From NCBI RefSeq assembly GCF_001194135.2, contig NC_068990.1, positions 40,444,514-40,508,513 of the forward strand: a stretch of DNA of 64,000 nucleotides, read 5' to 3'. The notes beneath the pieces were generated by a model. The model saw only the letters and a program-made list of their open reading frames with translations. It did no database searches and had not been told where the DNA came from. Position 1 is the first letter of the stretch, and every line of letters begins with the position of its first letter. The stretch is from Octopus bimaculoides. Lineage: Eukaryota. The translations under genes and the position numbers were made by a program. Positions 26,152 through 39,658 of the stretch are shown in pieces.

Positions 26152-26454
26152 TCACACTGGATATATATGTTCAAACAAGAGTATTTATATGAAATATTTA
26201 AATCTATAAGAGCCAAGTGTGTGTGTGTATATATGTATGAAAATGAATGAAATGACAGAGAAAAATATGATTTACGTGTGTGTGTTTATGTATGTGTGCA
26301 TGTTTATGAATGTGTATATATGAGTGTAAATATATGTACACACATATGCATATGCCCACACATACATACACATATATGAATACTATAGAAAATTACGTAT
26401 AATATATAAAATGCATGGATATATCTATGCATGTGTGCATATCCATGTGTCATC

Positions 26455-27340
26455 ATCATCATCATCAAAAATATCACTTAATGTTTGGTTTCCCTGTTGG
26501 TTTGACAGAATCTAACAAGTCAGAAACTGGGTCTTACTCTAGTGTGTACTATGGCTTGGTTTCTATGGTTGGATGCCCTTCCTAAGGCTAGCCGCTTTCA
26601 AGAGTGTTCTTCTTTTTGTGGCATTAGCACTATTGATAATTGCTATCTAACTTGCAAGGGTAAGGCTCTTAATTGACCCCAATAACTGGAGTAGAAAAGA
26701 GAGCAAGTGATTGTCGAGGAAGGTAAGATGAAAGGGACAGATTTACACTTGTGATAAAATTGGTAATTGAGAGAGTAACAGTGTAGCAGGGTAGGCACTA
26801 ATTGGGGAGTGAAGTGTATGGAAGAGAACTGAAGAAAGGAAAGGGATTGGGGACAGGGGTTATAGGGAAAAGTGAAAGATTAGAGTGGAAGAATAACAGT
26901 GTGGACTGTAGAATAGTCTGGGATAATCCTACACAAGGATGAATATAGAATGGTGAGTGGGAAAGGGTATCGGAAGAGAGCAATAGACTGGGGTGGAGAA
27001 TTGTTGAAGGAAAGGAAAGTGTTCAGGTTGTGCAAGTAGACTAAGGGAGGTGAGATGCGGAATAGAGGAAAAAGAGAAGTTGTGGAGAGGAAGCAGAGAA
27101 AGAAAAAAGATATAGAAGTTGAGAGTGCAGTGGGTGAGTATAAGGAGGAAAAAACACACTGTAGGGTCCCATAGAGGTAGGAAGAAGGACAACAGCAGAG
27201 TGTGAATGTTGTGAAAGCATCCTAGGTGGTGATGCAGTGAGGGGATCCCAAATAGAAAGGCAGTGGAGAGATGATGATAAAAGAAAGGTGGGGAGAAATA
27301 GTGGGTGACTGCAGGAGAGAAAGAATAGCTACGGAGCAAA
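26455..27340 (-). mobile_element. Family E2: pyrimidine-rich body joined to RTE-type tail
   Basis: (CAT)n and RTE tail at 26455-26660 (gttggatgcccttcctaagg), followed by ~700 bp of strongly G/A-rich plus strand. Confidence 0.55.
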
Positions 27341-27354
27341 TTTATACTTCTATG

Positions 27355-27391
<37 letters not shown>

Positions 27392-27394
<3 letters not shown>

Positions 27395-27590
27395 GAGAAT
27401 TTACAAAATAAACAACAGACGAAGACAGGTGGTGTAAACAACAAATGGATGTATTAGTATAACGTTCAGGAATAGAGAAAGTCTTTGATGTTTCAAGCTA
27501 CACTCTTCAACTGAAAGGAACACAGAAAGAAATAAGGAGAGAAACAAGGAGAAAAAAATATAAATGTAGTGGTCAGTGATCTAGCACCTG
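27392..27590 (-). mobile_element. Family G non-autonomous repeat with degenerate hammerhead-like motif
   Basis: Reverse complement of the copies at 48550 and 53788. Minus strand reads CTTT-CAGTTGA-A-GAG-TGTAG-CTT-GAAAC-ATC-AAAG. Confidence 0.7.
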
Positions 27591-27622
27591 CATATGTGTG
27601 TGTGTATACATGTGCGTGTGGT

Positions 27623-27653
<31 letters not shown>

Positions 27654-27699
27654 GTACTATTTAGGTTTCATATATTCTATCATACTTTGAGATACTGTC

Positions 27700-28590
27700 T
27701 GGACTGAGATCCCTGTTAGCAGGATCCTGATCTTTTAAAAAGTGCTAACACTTATGGTATGCAAATTAGTAGCCCTAGTTTTTGTAGTTACTGTAATTGT
27801 TGAATATATAAATAGACTGGCTGCTTGTTTCTTTGAGATTGGTCAAATTCATCTAGACATCTTGGATGAGAATCCAGTAAGATTTGAAAATCTTTCTCTC
27901 CCTAACACCAGAAGAAAAAACTACAAACAGTTATTGGTAACCTTGTCGGTGCTAGGTATGTTTTATCAGTGTGGTTAAATTTGATCTTGTATTGTTCTAG
28001 GGCATGGTCCACAAATTTAGTGGGATACCTGTAGGTAACTGACGTTTGTCTTACATGTAGGTAAGGAGTTGACTACAAATATTTTATATCTCTGTGGACA
28101 TTCACTCTGTGCATGGATTCACATAGTTTTGTTTTCTTCTTTTTCTAGTCTATACAGAGATACTATATGGCTTAATACTTATACTTACATCCAAATCAAT
28201 GAATTGCAGAGTGTTATCATATTAGTTTATCATGTAACGATAAAGTTCTTTTCCACATTGTCTATAAACTAACTCCTTGTTCATTTTTATCAAAATAAAA
28301 TACATTGTGCTCGTACCTGGTACAGACAGTGGGATTTTTACCTGATAACAACTTTGTTTCCCACATTAAACATTTGGAAAGATGAAAATATGGGCATGAG
28401 AAGGAACTCATAATTGTCATGTACTTCAGGATGTTACAGAACCTGAGGTCGTAGATGATTTTAGTGTCAAATGTGTATGTACATTATCTAGGACTATACT
28501 GAGAGTTTCTATCACTGGGATGTACATAAACAAACTTCCAGCATCCATAGCAGAAATGTTCCTGACTTTATCTGTATCACGTAAATTTCA
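27700..28590 (-). mobile_element. Decayed Penelope-like reverse transcriptase
   Basis: Minus strand reads SAMDAGSLFMYIPVIETLSIVLDNVHTH (cf. SLDVESLFTNIPVxETIxIILDxVY) and NTLQFIDLDVSISIKPYSISV*TRK (cf. LPFLDV...TSVYRK). Many stops and frameshifts. A weaker N-terminal piece may lie at 30245-30470. Confidence 0.75.
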
Positions 28591-29364
28591 AGGAATTTAT
28601 TGAATGATTTTATAATATAGTGTTCTAGTGCATTTCTTTTTATGTTGTGAAATTTTTGCAATTCTATGCATAGATGTATTGATTTGGGAAATTGTGAGTT
28701 GCAGAGAATGATTTTTGTTTGAATGTCTTAATGGCCCTATAAATGTGTGTGGTCATATATTTTCATTATATATATATATATATATGTAAATATATGTCCA
28801 TATGTATGTGTGTGTTTTGTTATTCTGGAGTGTCTAATATATAGACATGACATACATATATAAATAAATATATGCATATATATATATATATATATATACA
28901 TACACACACACATGTAGACATACATACACATACATGTATACATATATACATACATATATGCACATACATATATACATACACAAACACACATATATATTAT
29001 GCATACACATCGATTATGTATTTGGCTTGCAAGATTCTTGATATGAATGTGTGTGTTGAAACAAATCTTGTTGTCTTAGGAGGGTCATTACCCCAGTAAA
29101 ATAACACATGCACTGGTTCAATATTACTTCTTTATTGTTAGCCAATCAGTTCAATACCTAAGCAATCATTTGTTTAAGGTAATTGGTTAAACATCAAAGT
29201 CCTTTAGTCACTATTCAATGACATGCCTTCAAACAACCAATTGATTGTTTAACCAGCATTTTGAGCAAATAATCAATTAGTTAGTTGGTTAGATATTTAA
29301 CCAATTGACGAACAATAAAGAAAAGGTATTGAACCAATGTATGTGTTATTTATTATTGGCATAA

Positions 29365-29735
29365 TGAACCTCCCAAGAAACATCCGTTCTTAAAAGGCTG
29401 GGCCTTACAAGGAAGATCTCAAAGGACCAAGGTATGTGGTGCATTGCTGTACTCAAGAAGACCCATTCAGAACTGCTATCCTAAAACCAAAGTGCCTCAT
29501 AAAAACCACTGGTGTTGGTGTCATGTTAAAAGCACTGGTGCTGATGCATATAAAAAGCATTAGTACTGGTGCTATGTAAAAAGCATCCAGTATACACTGT
29601 AAAGTGGTTGGTGTTAGGAAGGGCATCCAACTGTAGAGACCTGGCCAGAAAGAGACTATGGAATCTGGTGTGGCCCCTGTCAAGCCATCTAATCATGCCA
29701 ACAAGGAATATGAATGCTATATCATGATGATGATA
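29365..29735 (+). mobile_element. 5'-truncated RTE LINE (ORF C-terminus + 3'UTR with ~25-bp tandem units)
   Basis: KRLGLTRKISKDQGMWCIAVLKKT (cf. LGLTxxMTxDRxxWRxAVLxKT), then taaaaagcactggtgc units, gttaggaagggcatccaactgtag and an (ATG)n tail. Confidence 0.8.
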
Positions 29736-29797
<62 letters not shown>

Positions 29798-30599
29798 AAA
29801 ATACATATTCGCCTTTATATATTTAATTCTTTATATTGAACACTCAATATTTCATATATTCAATAAGACATTCAATACTTCATTTCATTGTACCATCCAT
29901 TTTTATATTATATATTCCATATTCTATATCCCACATTAATTTTACAAGAATATAAATAAAACATAAAAAACAGACAGAGTTGGAACTCTTTTAAATAAAA
30001 TAATATATTCCTCTATACACGATCATACAAAACCCTTTTTTGTATTTATNNNNNNNNNNNNNNNNNNNNNNNNNNNNNNNNNNNNNNNNNNNNNNNNNNN
30101 NNNNNNNNNNNNNNNNNNNNNNNNNNNNNNNNNNNNNNNNNNNNNNNNNNNNNNNNNNNNNNNNNNNNNATATACACATGCATGTATGTATATAAGTAAA
30201 TATATATATGCATGTAGTTATTATGTACTTAGATTTTATACTGCAGGTGGTAAACTGACAATCATTGAAGAGTCAGGATTTGGTTTGACTCCAGCTGATC
30301 CCATTTTTGTCTTTTATCCTTGTGGGGTCAATACATAACATACCTGTCCAGGATTGAGAAGAGTTGTTAGAGTATCAGAAAAGATACTGCAGATTCAGTA
30401 TTTGCTCTTTGTAGTCTAACAGCAATGTCTGTGATGATGATGATGTCAAGCTGTAGCAGCCAAAGTCTTTCACTTGAACAACATTGGTGGTGCTGACACC
30501 TGCATACATGCAGCTCTTCCTAGAAAAAGAAAAAGAAATAAAAACATCTTTGCTAAGGACTACAAATTCGAGAAGGCACTTCCAAGTGCAGACCTATAA

Positions 30600-30950
30600 T
30601 CTCATGATGTATGCAGAAACCATGGATGATGAAATTTGTCAATTTTCTATAGTTGGATGCCCCTCCTATTGCCAGCCTTCACCTGTTTCCAATCTCAAAC
30701 ATGTTTCCACAGAAAATTAGAAATGACAGGCATTGCTTGTATGGCAGTGGTATTCACAATTATTATGCAATGTGAAGACAAGGCGACACAGGTCCACACA
30801 TACAAGCTCATTCAGTTTCTGTCAACCAAATCCAGGTTTTGATAAGCCCAGGGTTATAGTGGAAAGCACTTGCCCAAAAGGGCTACAAAGTTGGTGTGAA
30901 CCCAAAAGCATTGGTTTGGAAATTAATTCCTTAACTACACAACCATGCAT
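30600..30950 (-). mobile_element. Diverged SINE family A-prime copy
   Basis: gttggatgcccctcctattgccagccttcacctgtttcc tail plus gcacttgcccaa core, reverse orientation. Confidence 0.6.
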
Positions 30951-31014
30951 ATATGTGTGCATGTACAAGTACAAAAGCTTAGAATCTATTCAATAGACAA
31001 GAAGCCTATTGAAT

Positions 31015-32222
31015 ACACTTTATGTGTTGTACGTTTGTATTTTCTATGTGGTTTTGCATTTATTGTATTAATGTTGTTTCTATATTATTGTACAATTTAG
31101 ACCGTTAAATTATTCCATTATCCATTCTTAATTAGCACTTGTTTATTCTTAATTTCTCATTGTACAGTAGTGCTTCAGGAAGAGTCTAAAAGCCCTAAGT
31201 GTAGGAATTTTATAACTGAAGATTTTTCTTCACATTCATTTATGCTCATGTTTTAAATTTTCTATTACGAATTTTTTTTTTTTCCTCCCTTCCACATTTT
31301 AGTTGAAATAATAAATTCTCAATATCTTCATTAGCATATTAAAATCTGCCCCACCTTTTTTTTTCCTCTTTTTATGAAATATTGAAAGTACAGGTGGTTG
31401 TTATGGCTTTTTTATGATTAAAAATGGAAATGTGTTGACTGAGAACATTCTAGTCATTTTTCTGACAGGTGAACTTAGGCTTGTATAAAAAGAAAAACTG
31501 GGAAATATTATATTGAAGTTTGTTACTTTGATGCTCCAGTACATAAGCTGTATGTAAAGTTTGTATCATGGTTTGCTATTAATTTAGCTTCTTTGTTTAG
31601 TCTTCAAGTTGTTTAGATATCCTATGTACAATAAAAAAAATTGGTTGATAACACATCTTGTTTGTGATGTGCAATCTGTATTTTTTCTGTTTCTTTGCCT
31701 TACTGAAAATGTATAGTCAACTGGGTAGAAGAAAAGGTGGTACTTTTTATGTCTTGGAGTCATGAAGTTTACAACTTCCATGCTTTTATCTGAATTTACA
31801 AATTACATTAGTCATCTGAAATTTATTTGGTTGCATGCTGGTTTATGGTTTGTTGTCGATGAGATTTTTAATTTTCGTGCTCTTGTAATATATCATTACA
31901 TTTAGTTTATGATTGGGTGTAATGCATGTTGTATTCGATTTAATGGGGTTTTGTGATGATAACGTTTTCATCAATTCTATAGCCAGAAGGCATTTAGTTC
32001 ATACACAACACACTCTATGTCTAGTGTGTATGCTTGTGTTTTCTATGAGTTTTGCATTTATTGTATTGACTTTGTTTCTGTGTTGTATAATTTAGACTGC
32101 TAAATTATTCCAATATCCATTATTAATTAACATTTGTTTTATTTTTAATTTTTTCATGGATAGTGGTGCTTTTCAGAAGAATCTAAAGGCATTGGTGTGG
32201 GGATGTTATAACTGAAGATTTC
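31015..32222 (+). repeat. Pair of ~200-bp diverged direct repeats about 1 kb apart (31015-31225 and 32010-32222)
   Basis: Both units read ttctatg.gttttgcatttattgtatt...aatttagac.g.taaattattcca.tatccatt.ttaatta.ca.ttgttt...tctaaa.gc...ataactgaagatt. Confidence 0.85.
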
Positions 32223-32272
32223 TCAACCATACCTATGCATATAGAAGCATTTATTTGTGCTGTTTTTCTTTT

Positions 32273-32341
<69 letters not shown>

Positions 32342-32905
32342 AATGTAATATATGAATATTTTCTTATTCCTATATTCATATCTAAGAATAGGCTCGCTGA
32401 ATTGCTTGAAGATATTAAAGTACAGAAAAGAGAAAATATATTTCTATAAAGAATTAGCCTATTTTCTGAGTGCGCATATGTGTATGTGTTTGTACTTGTG
32501 CATGTGTGGTTGTGTGTGTGTATGAACTGAAGGTAATACTCATGAACATATAAATGAACACAAAGAGGTAGAAGATTGTACATATTGATACATGTACCTG
32601 TGTATATATATGTATGAACGAATGAATGTGTATGTATGCATGCATACACGTATGTGTATATATATATACACACATATATAATCATGTCCATTTCTAATTT
32701 TTATTAGCTGAACTATATTGGATGTCTTGGCTGTACACCACTACACATTAAACCACATTTTCTTTCATTAATACGCTTTTAATTATTCATTGAGCACTTT
32801 AAGAAAAGCATTCTTCATTTACTCAAGTTAAGAAGTACTCTTTGAAGTCCATGTGTGTCTATTCTCACATTATAATGCCCTGCCAGATTTAATTGCAAAT
32901 TTATA

Positions 32906-33553
32906 GGTGCAAGCATGGCTGTGTGGTTGAGAAGTTCGCTTCTTAATCACATGGTACTGGGTTCAGTCTCATTGTATTCAACTTTAAACAAATGTTTTCT
33001 ACAATAAAAATGGGCTGACCAAAGCCTTGTGAGTAGACAGAAACTGAAACAAGCCAGTCATGTGTGTGTGTTATTTCTTTACTGCCCACAAGGGGCTACA
33101 CACAGAGGGGACAAACAAGGACAGACAAACGGATTAAGTCGATTATATCGACCCCAGTGCGTAACTGGTACTTATTTAATCGACCCCGAAAGGATGAAAG
33201 GCAAAGTCGACCTCGGTGGAATTTGAACTCAGAACGTAGCGGCAGACAAAATACCGCTAAGCATTTTGCCCAGTGTGCTAACGTTTCTGCCAGCTCGCCG
33301 CCTTGTGTGTGTGTGTTGGTGTTTTTTTGTCTTAACATAGCATGATAGTTGTAAATACACCACCTCACCATTATATCAGAGTGACCTCTGTTTCCAATCT
33401 TCCTTGAAAACCTGTCTGAACAGGAGGAAATATGACCTTACAAGTGAAGGTTAGTGACATGAAGGGCATCTATCTGGCTGTAAAAAACCTATGTTAATAA
33501 ATTCCAACATGCACGTGTGAGTATGGAAAAACAGACCTTAAAACAATGATAAT
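32906..33553 (+). mobile_element. SINE family A-prime interrupted by a family B SINE in its internal (TG)n
   Basis: Head/core 32906-33060, RTE-type tail 33320-33553 (gaagggcatc...gtatggaaaaacagaccttaaaacaatgat). Confidence 0.75.
33073..33302 (-). mobile_element. SINE family B (tRNA-like head + Meta-SINE-like central domain)
   Basis: Minus strand reads ggcggcgagctggcagaaacgttagc...gttctgagttcaaattcc...gtcgactttgcctttcatcctttcggggtcgattaaataagtaccag. The Meta-domain label is from my recall of that motif. Confidence 0.85.
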
Positions 33554-34652
33554 GGGGATTTGAGCAAGTTTGAGGGTTCCCCATCACCTCACTACATAAT
33601 ATTTGTCCAGTTGAATGTAAGTCCATCCATTTTTGGTAGCTTCTGCCCAATTATTTTTATAGCCAACAAAACATTGTTTATTGATATGTACTCATGACTG
33701 TGCAAGACCTTGTCTGTCTACCTGAAGAAGCAAAAACAGAAGCAAGCATGGTGTATCTGAAATTCAAACTTTGTTTTGTTTTCCACACAAAAGATTTTGA
33801 TCAAGCCTTTATTTAATTGTTCAATTAATCATTCATTAGTATAAGAACACTTTGTTTAGACAATTTCAAAAATGCTCTATAAAGCTAATGTGGGTTAAGT
33901 TACTACACACAGCCACTTACATGCGTGTATGTCAGTTTTATGTATATGTTGACTGATATAAAAGCTGGCATTGTTTTAAAAAGGTAACTTAGCCATTAAC
34001 TGTTGATACGACCAACTAAATCCTTGAAGACAATGCCCTAATATGGCTGCAGTTCAATGAATAGTTTGCAGAATCCCACCCAGGTCAATTTGACATCCTT
34101 CTTTATGAGTTGATGAAATGGTGAAAACATCAAAAGCAAAGAATAGATACATGCATGTTGAAGTTAAACAGACAAAGTGTCAAAGTAACAAGTCGTAGTT
34201 CTTTTGCTCAAATCATGTTCTGTGGTATATTTGAATAATTGTTACTGTAATTGTGGTGTATTCAGTTATTGTAAGTAGGCACTAACGTCTATAGACACAA
34301 GTCTAAGATAATTGGCTTCTTACTAAAGGGTTCATTTATTTATCTCATACCTGCTTAACATTTGCCTCTTAAAGGCCCTTTCATATACATTTGGAAAATG
34401 CACACACACACACGTGCTCACACACATCTCAGTATGTGTGATGTGCATAGTTATAGATATACGAGTTGTAAGAGTAATTACATTTTTCAAAGTCATAAAG
34501 AGAATAATTAATTTATATAAATCAAAAGTTCAATCATTAAAACATTCTATTCTTATTTTATGAGTAAAATAGCAGATGGTTATTTCAACTAAAAAAAGGC
34601 AGTCATCCACACTACCTACAATAGCAACAAAAACATTTTTTTCTTCACATGA

Positions 34653-34811
34653 GGCACAGGCATGTTGTGGTAAGAAGCTTGCTTCCCAACCACATGGTTC
34701 CGGGTTCAGTCCCACTGCATGGCACCTTGCGTAAATGTCTTCTATTATAACCTTGGGCTGACCAAAACCTTGTGAGTGGATTTGGGAGACAGAAACTGAA
34801 AGAAGCTCATC

Positions 34812-34855
<44 letters not shown>

Positions 34856-35091
34856 CTAAACACACACACATATATATATGTATATATTTGTGTGTCTGCG
34901 TTTGTCCCCACCTACCATCGCTTGACAACCGATGTTGGTGTGATTACATCCCCATAACTTAGCAGTTCAGCATAAGGGACTGACAGAATAAGTACTAGGT
35001 TTATAATGAATAAGTCTTGGGGGTCGATTTCTTCGACTAAAGGCAGTGCTCCAGCATGGCTGCAGTCAGATGACTGAAGCGAATAAAAGAA
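34653..35091 (+). mobile_element. SINE family A, full length
   Basis: Same head, core, ~85-bp internal microsatellite and tail. Confidence 0.9.
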
Positions 35092-35146
35092 TATAATACC
35101 AAAGCAACCCATTGCAGTGAAATTGCAAATAGATCTCTTTTTATAC

Positions 35147-35199
<53 letters not shown>

Positions 35200-36476
35200 G
35201 GAAGTGATTATAATTTGCATAAATGCCTTTTGTGTTCTGTGAGACTATTTTCAGATGTCAGAGTTGAAATTGCTGTCACAAGTTTGAAGTTTATTCAAAC
35301 CATATTGCCAGGCCAGCTAATTCATGTTAAGGTGGTTGTCATTCTCTTTTGTTTACTATGCTTCTATGACTATATTTTTCTAATAAACACAAATATTTGT
35401 ATATGTGTACACACACACACACACACATTGTGTGTGTGTGTGTGTGTGTGTGTGCTTGTATATAAATTATGTACATATAACACAATAACTCTACCAGTTC
35501 TAAACAAAACCATTTGAAACTTTAAAAGTGACAAACTTCAACTTTACCACCTGTTGCAAACACTCAAAGTCATTTAGTAAATTTTCAGAATATAAAAGAA
35601 AAAAAACAACAACAACAACAATAGTATTAATAATAATATTTTATTCTTTATTCATCATGTAATATTCACAGCTGCCTGTTTAAAGTTTATTTATTGTCTG
35701 TGTGTGTTTGGGGTGGGGTTTTTTCCACTGAGTGGCAGGGTGTGTTTCTTTATAAACCATCTTTGTGTCCAAGGGACAACGAGTACAAAAAAAACTACAC
35801 TGTACTCATACACACACATTTATAAGAACATTTTATAGGAAAATGAGCAGGATATATATATATATATATATATGAAAAAAAGAAACTTTACTGTAGAGGG
35901 GTGTTGTAGTTCTGTGTGAAGAACAATGAAAGTTCACCTTCCTATTACTACCTTCTACACCCACTTAGCTAGGAACAGGGTGGAAGTAGTAGAGTGTGTT
36001 CGACACACACTATATGGAAAACTGAAATGTGTGGGAGACTGGAAATGGAGGTGACACTGGAGCAGGTGTTGAGAATGGATGAAGAGAGGGGGTGGGGAAG
36101 GAAGGAGTGGGGACAGGACAGGTAAAAACAAATGGGGGTGGGTGGCAATCATAGCAAGGGGTTGGGATCTGTTGATTTATAAGTAAGCTTTGCATCTAGG
36201 TTGACTAAAGGAAACAATGAAGTGTGGTGGGAAGGAGTGGGGAACTTAACCCTTTCTACGTATGATTAATGTAACAGGGATCATTGCAAGAAAGGGGATA
36301 GATTGAAATACAGATATATATGATGGCTAAGATGTGATTAACACGATGATGATGATGGTGATGGTTGAAGTGAAGATGGTGATGAAGTAGGAAGTGATTT
36401 GTGATATCTTGAGCAAGCTTTTGTTTCCAATTCCTCACCCCACATATGAACAAAATTAATATTTATCTTTAATTAA

Positions 36477-36683
36477 GGCAGCAAGCTGGCAGAAACATTA
36501 GCACACTGAGCGGAATGCTTAGCGGTCTTTACGTTCTGAGTTCAAATTCTGCCGAGGTTGACTTTGCCTTTCATTCTTTTGGGGTCAATAAATTAAGTAC
36601 CAGTTGCATACTGCAGTCAATCTAATTGACTGGCCCCAACTCCCCAAAAATTTCAGGCCTTGTGCCTAGAGTAGAAAAGGAAT
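36477..36683 (+). mobile_element. SINE family B
   Basis: ggcagcaagctggcagaaacattagc...gagttcaaattctgccgaggttgactttgcctttcattc...aagtaccag...tttcaggccttgtgcctagagtagaaaagg. Confidence 0.85.
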
Positions 36684-37220
36684 ATCAAATATCTATGCTC
36701 CCACTAACCAGCCCTTTAGTTATCTGGGATTACGAAGGGGGGAAAAAATATATATTTAACAATAATATTAATATTCTTCATCTAAGAGAGAGCACAAATC
36801 TGGAACCCTCATTGGGCCAATGCATCTCACAATTCTGCTTTTCTCTTTCTTTCATGTCCTCATAACAGTTATAAACATATTACTAATATTCTGCCTTCTG
36901 TATATTTATAATTCTCATATTTACCTACGAATATTTCACCTATAAAGTAGTGTAACACTTTGATACACATATTTGATGTATCCAGTTGCATTACTGTAAA
37001 TCTTGTAACATTCTTCTAGGGAGAGGGAGTAAACTTACACTCTTGGGTCACTTTTGTCAAGATTCACCCTTCATTAAGATCTACCTTGTATTTTTTTTTT
37101 TACCTCCTATATTTTCATTAATGGTTTCTTTTCTCATGGTCCTCCAGCACCTCTTACTGATAATCACAAGATGATAGGGGTGATCATGCTGCTAGTTAAT
37201 AGTCTGGGAGATGGATTGCC

Positions 37221-37617
37221 TACTCTTTTACTTGTTTCAGTCTTTTGAATGTGGCCATGCTGGAGCACCGCCTTTAGTCGAGCAAATCGACCCCAGGACT
37301 TATTCTTTAGAAGCCTAGTACTTATTCTATCGGTCTCTTTTGCCGAACCGCTAAGTTAAGGGGGACGTAAACATACCAGCATCGGTTGTCAAGCGATGTT
37401 GGGGGGACAAACACAGACACACAAACACATACATATATATATATACATATATACAACAGGCTTCTTTCAGTATCCATCTACCAAATCCACTCACAAGGCT
37501 TTGGTCGGCCCGAGGCTATAGTAGAAGAACACTTGCCTAAGATGCCACGCAGTGGGACTGAACTCGGGACCATGTGGTTGGTAAGCAAGCTACTTACCAC
37601 ACAGCCACTCCTACACC
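37221..37617 (-). mobile_element. SINE family A, full length
   Basis: Reverse complement of the family A consensus. Confidence 0.9.
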
Positions 37618-39117
37618 TGTTCACTTATTCTTGAGACCAGGTATAAGGTGGTCTTCTTTAATGTTTTTGGTGCTGTGATTGATGGGACTCTAGAGGCTGC
37701 TATCTTGCTACTGCCTCAACTGCTTTCTTAGACTTTGCAGTTCGGAGTCTGGTTGGGGTGTAAATGTCCCACCAATGATTTTTACTACAATATGTATAAC
37801 AACTAGGATTTTAGCACTGCACCATATTTTTATCTCAGCACCTTCAACTGGGTGCAGCTCTGGTATACCCTTGTGGCTTTTGAGGGTGCCATTATGACAT
37901 ACAAATCCATCTTGAATCCTCCTGATCATTTGTCTCTCATCACCTCTGGAACTTGCCATCAACCAATATAGTGATGCAAAAGACTAACATCATTTCCAAT
38001 GTCCCTTATCATCACCCATGCATTTCCCTGTACCAAAAAACTAGGACACAAGCATATGGGTAGAGGTGTGTCTGACTATCTCAGCTTGTATTTTTTTTTT
38101 GCTGAGTCTTCAGTCCCAACAGTGCAACAGCCAATGTCATAAGCCTTATCCTTCTCAAATGAGATAATAACTCTTGATATTTCTTGATATGCTGAGATGG
38201 TAGTTATTAGAAACTGTGATCCTTCTTCAAGCACAGTAAGTTATCTTTATCTTTGTCTTATCTTGGATTAGACCCAGGACAAGGAGACATTGTCTAGTTT
38301 TACACAAATCTCTTAGATATTTACTTTTTCTAGAAACCTTGTCACATCTAAATATTCTACATGGGTCCAAACCATAGCAGCATGGAATATGGACGTTAAA
38401 TGATGATGATGATGCAACAGAGGTAAAACTAAATTCTTTAACCCTGTAGCTAGATGCATTGCCGATAATATATGTCTGTGCAAGTATGGTATTCTGCTAT
38501 CAGTGAAAATGTCTGAAATAATTTCTTCCTCAATTAAATTCTTCATTTTTTTCTTTTTGTTGTAAGAGTTCATTCTGCATTAGAATATACTTTTGTGCTA
38601 TCATTAAATTTGTTTTGTACGAATATTATTTTCATTTTGTTGACGGTCACAACTATTAACCATTTTGATATGAGATGGAATACAATATAAAGTCTATAAA
38701 AACAAATAATTTTTGTCTAGCCTGCATAGTGGAGAAGGGGGACGACATCCACAAGTAACAAGAATTCTTAATTGGCAAGTACTCCAAAGTAACTTTTCTT
38801 TGGTAATATTTAAGAGCTGACTCCTGGAGTGATGAAACAACATATCTAAAAACAATGATAGTCAGCAGCAGCAGCAGCAGCAATAATAATAATAATAATA
38901 ATAATAATAGTTATAAAGACCTCTGACAACAAGCTGCTGTCTGCCTTCACGGAATCAACCAGAGCAAACAAGACCAAGCGCTCTGAGAAGTAAAACAATA
39001 ATAATAATGATTCCTTTATTAACCACAAAGGGTTTACATTAAGAAAAACTTTATGGACAGTACAGGACAAAGTATGTATAATAATAATAATAATAATAAC
39101 AATAATAATAATAATAA

Positions 39118-39658
39118 ATGCTCTGACACAGTACCAGGGACTGGCTCCTGATCTTAACTGATTGGAAGTGTTATCATGTACTTGTTTTGTCATGGTATAA
39201 AACATGGGCTACAACAAATCTGCTCAATACCACAGATTTGCTTATCAGTTGTTTGATCTTAACCAGTTGAGCATGTCCCTTGATAGCTGACAATATGTGC
39301 AATTCTGATCATGAGTAGAAGTATTGGGGGAGTATCATAGTCATGTGTTGAGAGGGAAGTCTTTGGGGTTTGAATAATTCACGTCTGGAAACATGGGTGT
39401 TTCATTCAACATCCTTAAACAACCCTTATTCAGGGACCTTTTGAGTGGGATGGGCTACTCGACTTGAAGAAAATTCTATCTGGGCCCCACCTGCAAGGTC
39501 CTGCACAGTTTATCTTGATATGAGATCACCATGTCGTGCACATATGGTTGTGATGCATGTGCCTGGTGTACCCTTAGACGGGTATTCATGATGGGTATAT
39601 TGGGCTTCGTATATTTTACCCCAATGTCACTTTAATAGCATGTATTACTCTCTCATTC
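39118..39658. mobile_element. Unclassified ~540-bp non-coding element embedded between (AAT)n and (AAC)n/(AAT)n tracts
   Basis: A complex, higher-GC block with sharp edges, bounded by (AAT)n on the left and (CAA)n(TAA)n on the right. Single copy in the window; its repeat status is inferred. Confidence 0.45.

Noticed and set aside
27742-27978. Plus-strand ORF with good-looking splice sites (RLAACFFEIGQIHLDILDENPVRFENL...), plus apparent exons at about 28428-28580 and 30245-30335
   Set aside because: The opposite strand carries recognisable Penelope RT motifs, so these are best explained as antisense open frames. Spliced RNA-seq reads would be needed to revive them.
37708-38330. Minus-strand ORF 37708-37962 and neighbouring sequence
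   Set aside because: No host protein recognised. There is a faint resemblance to an RLE retrotransposon C-terminus, too weak to list as a feature without an HMM search.
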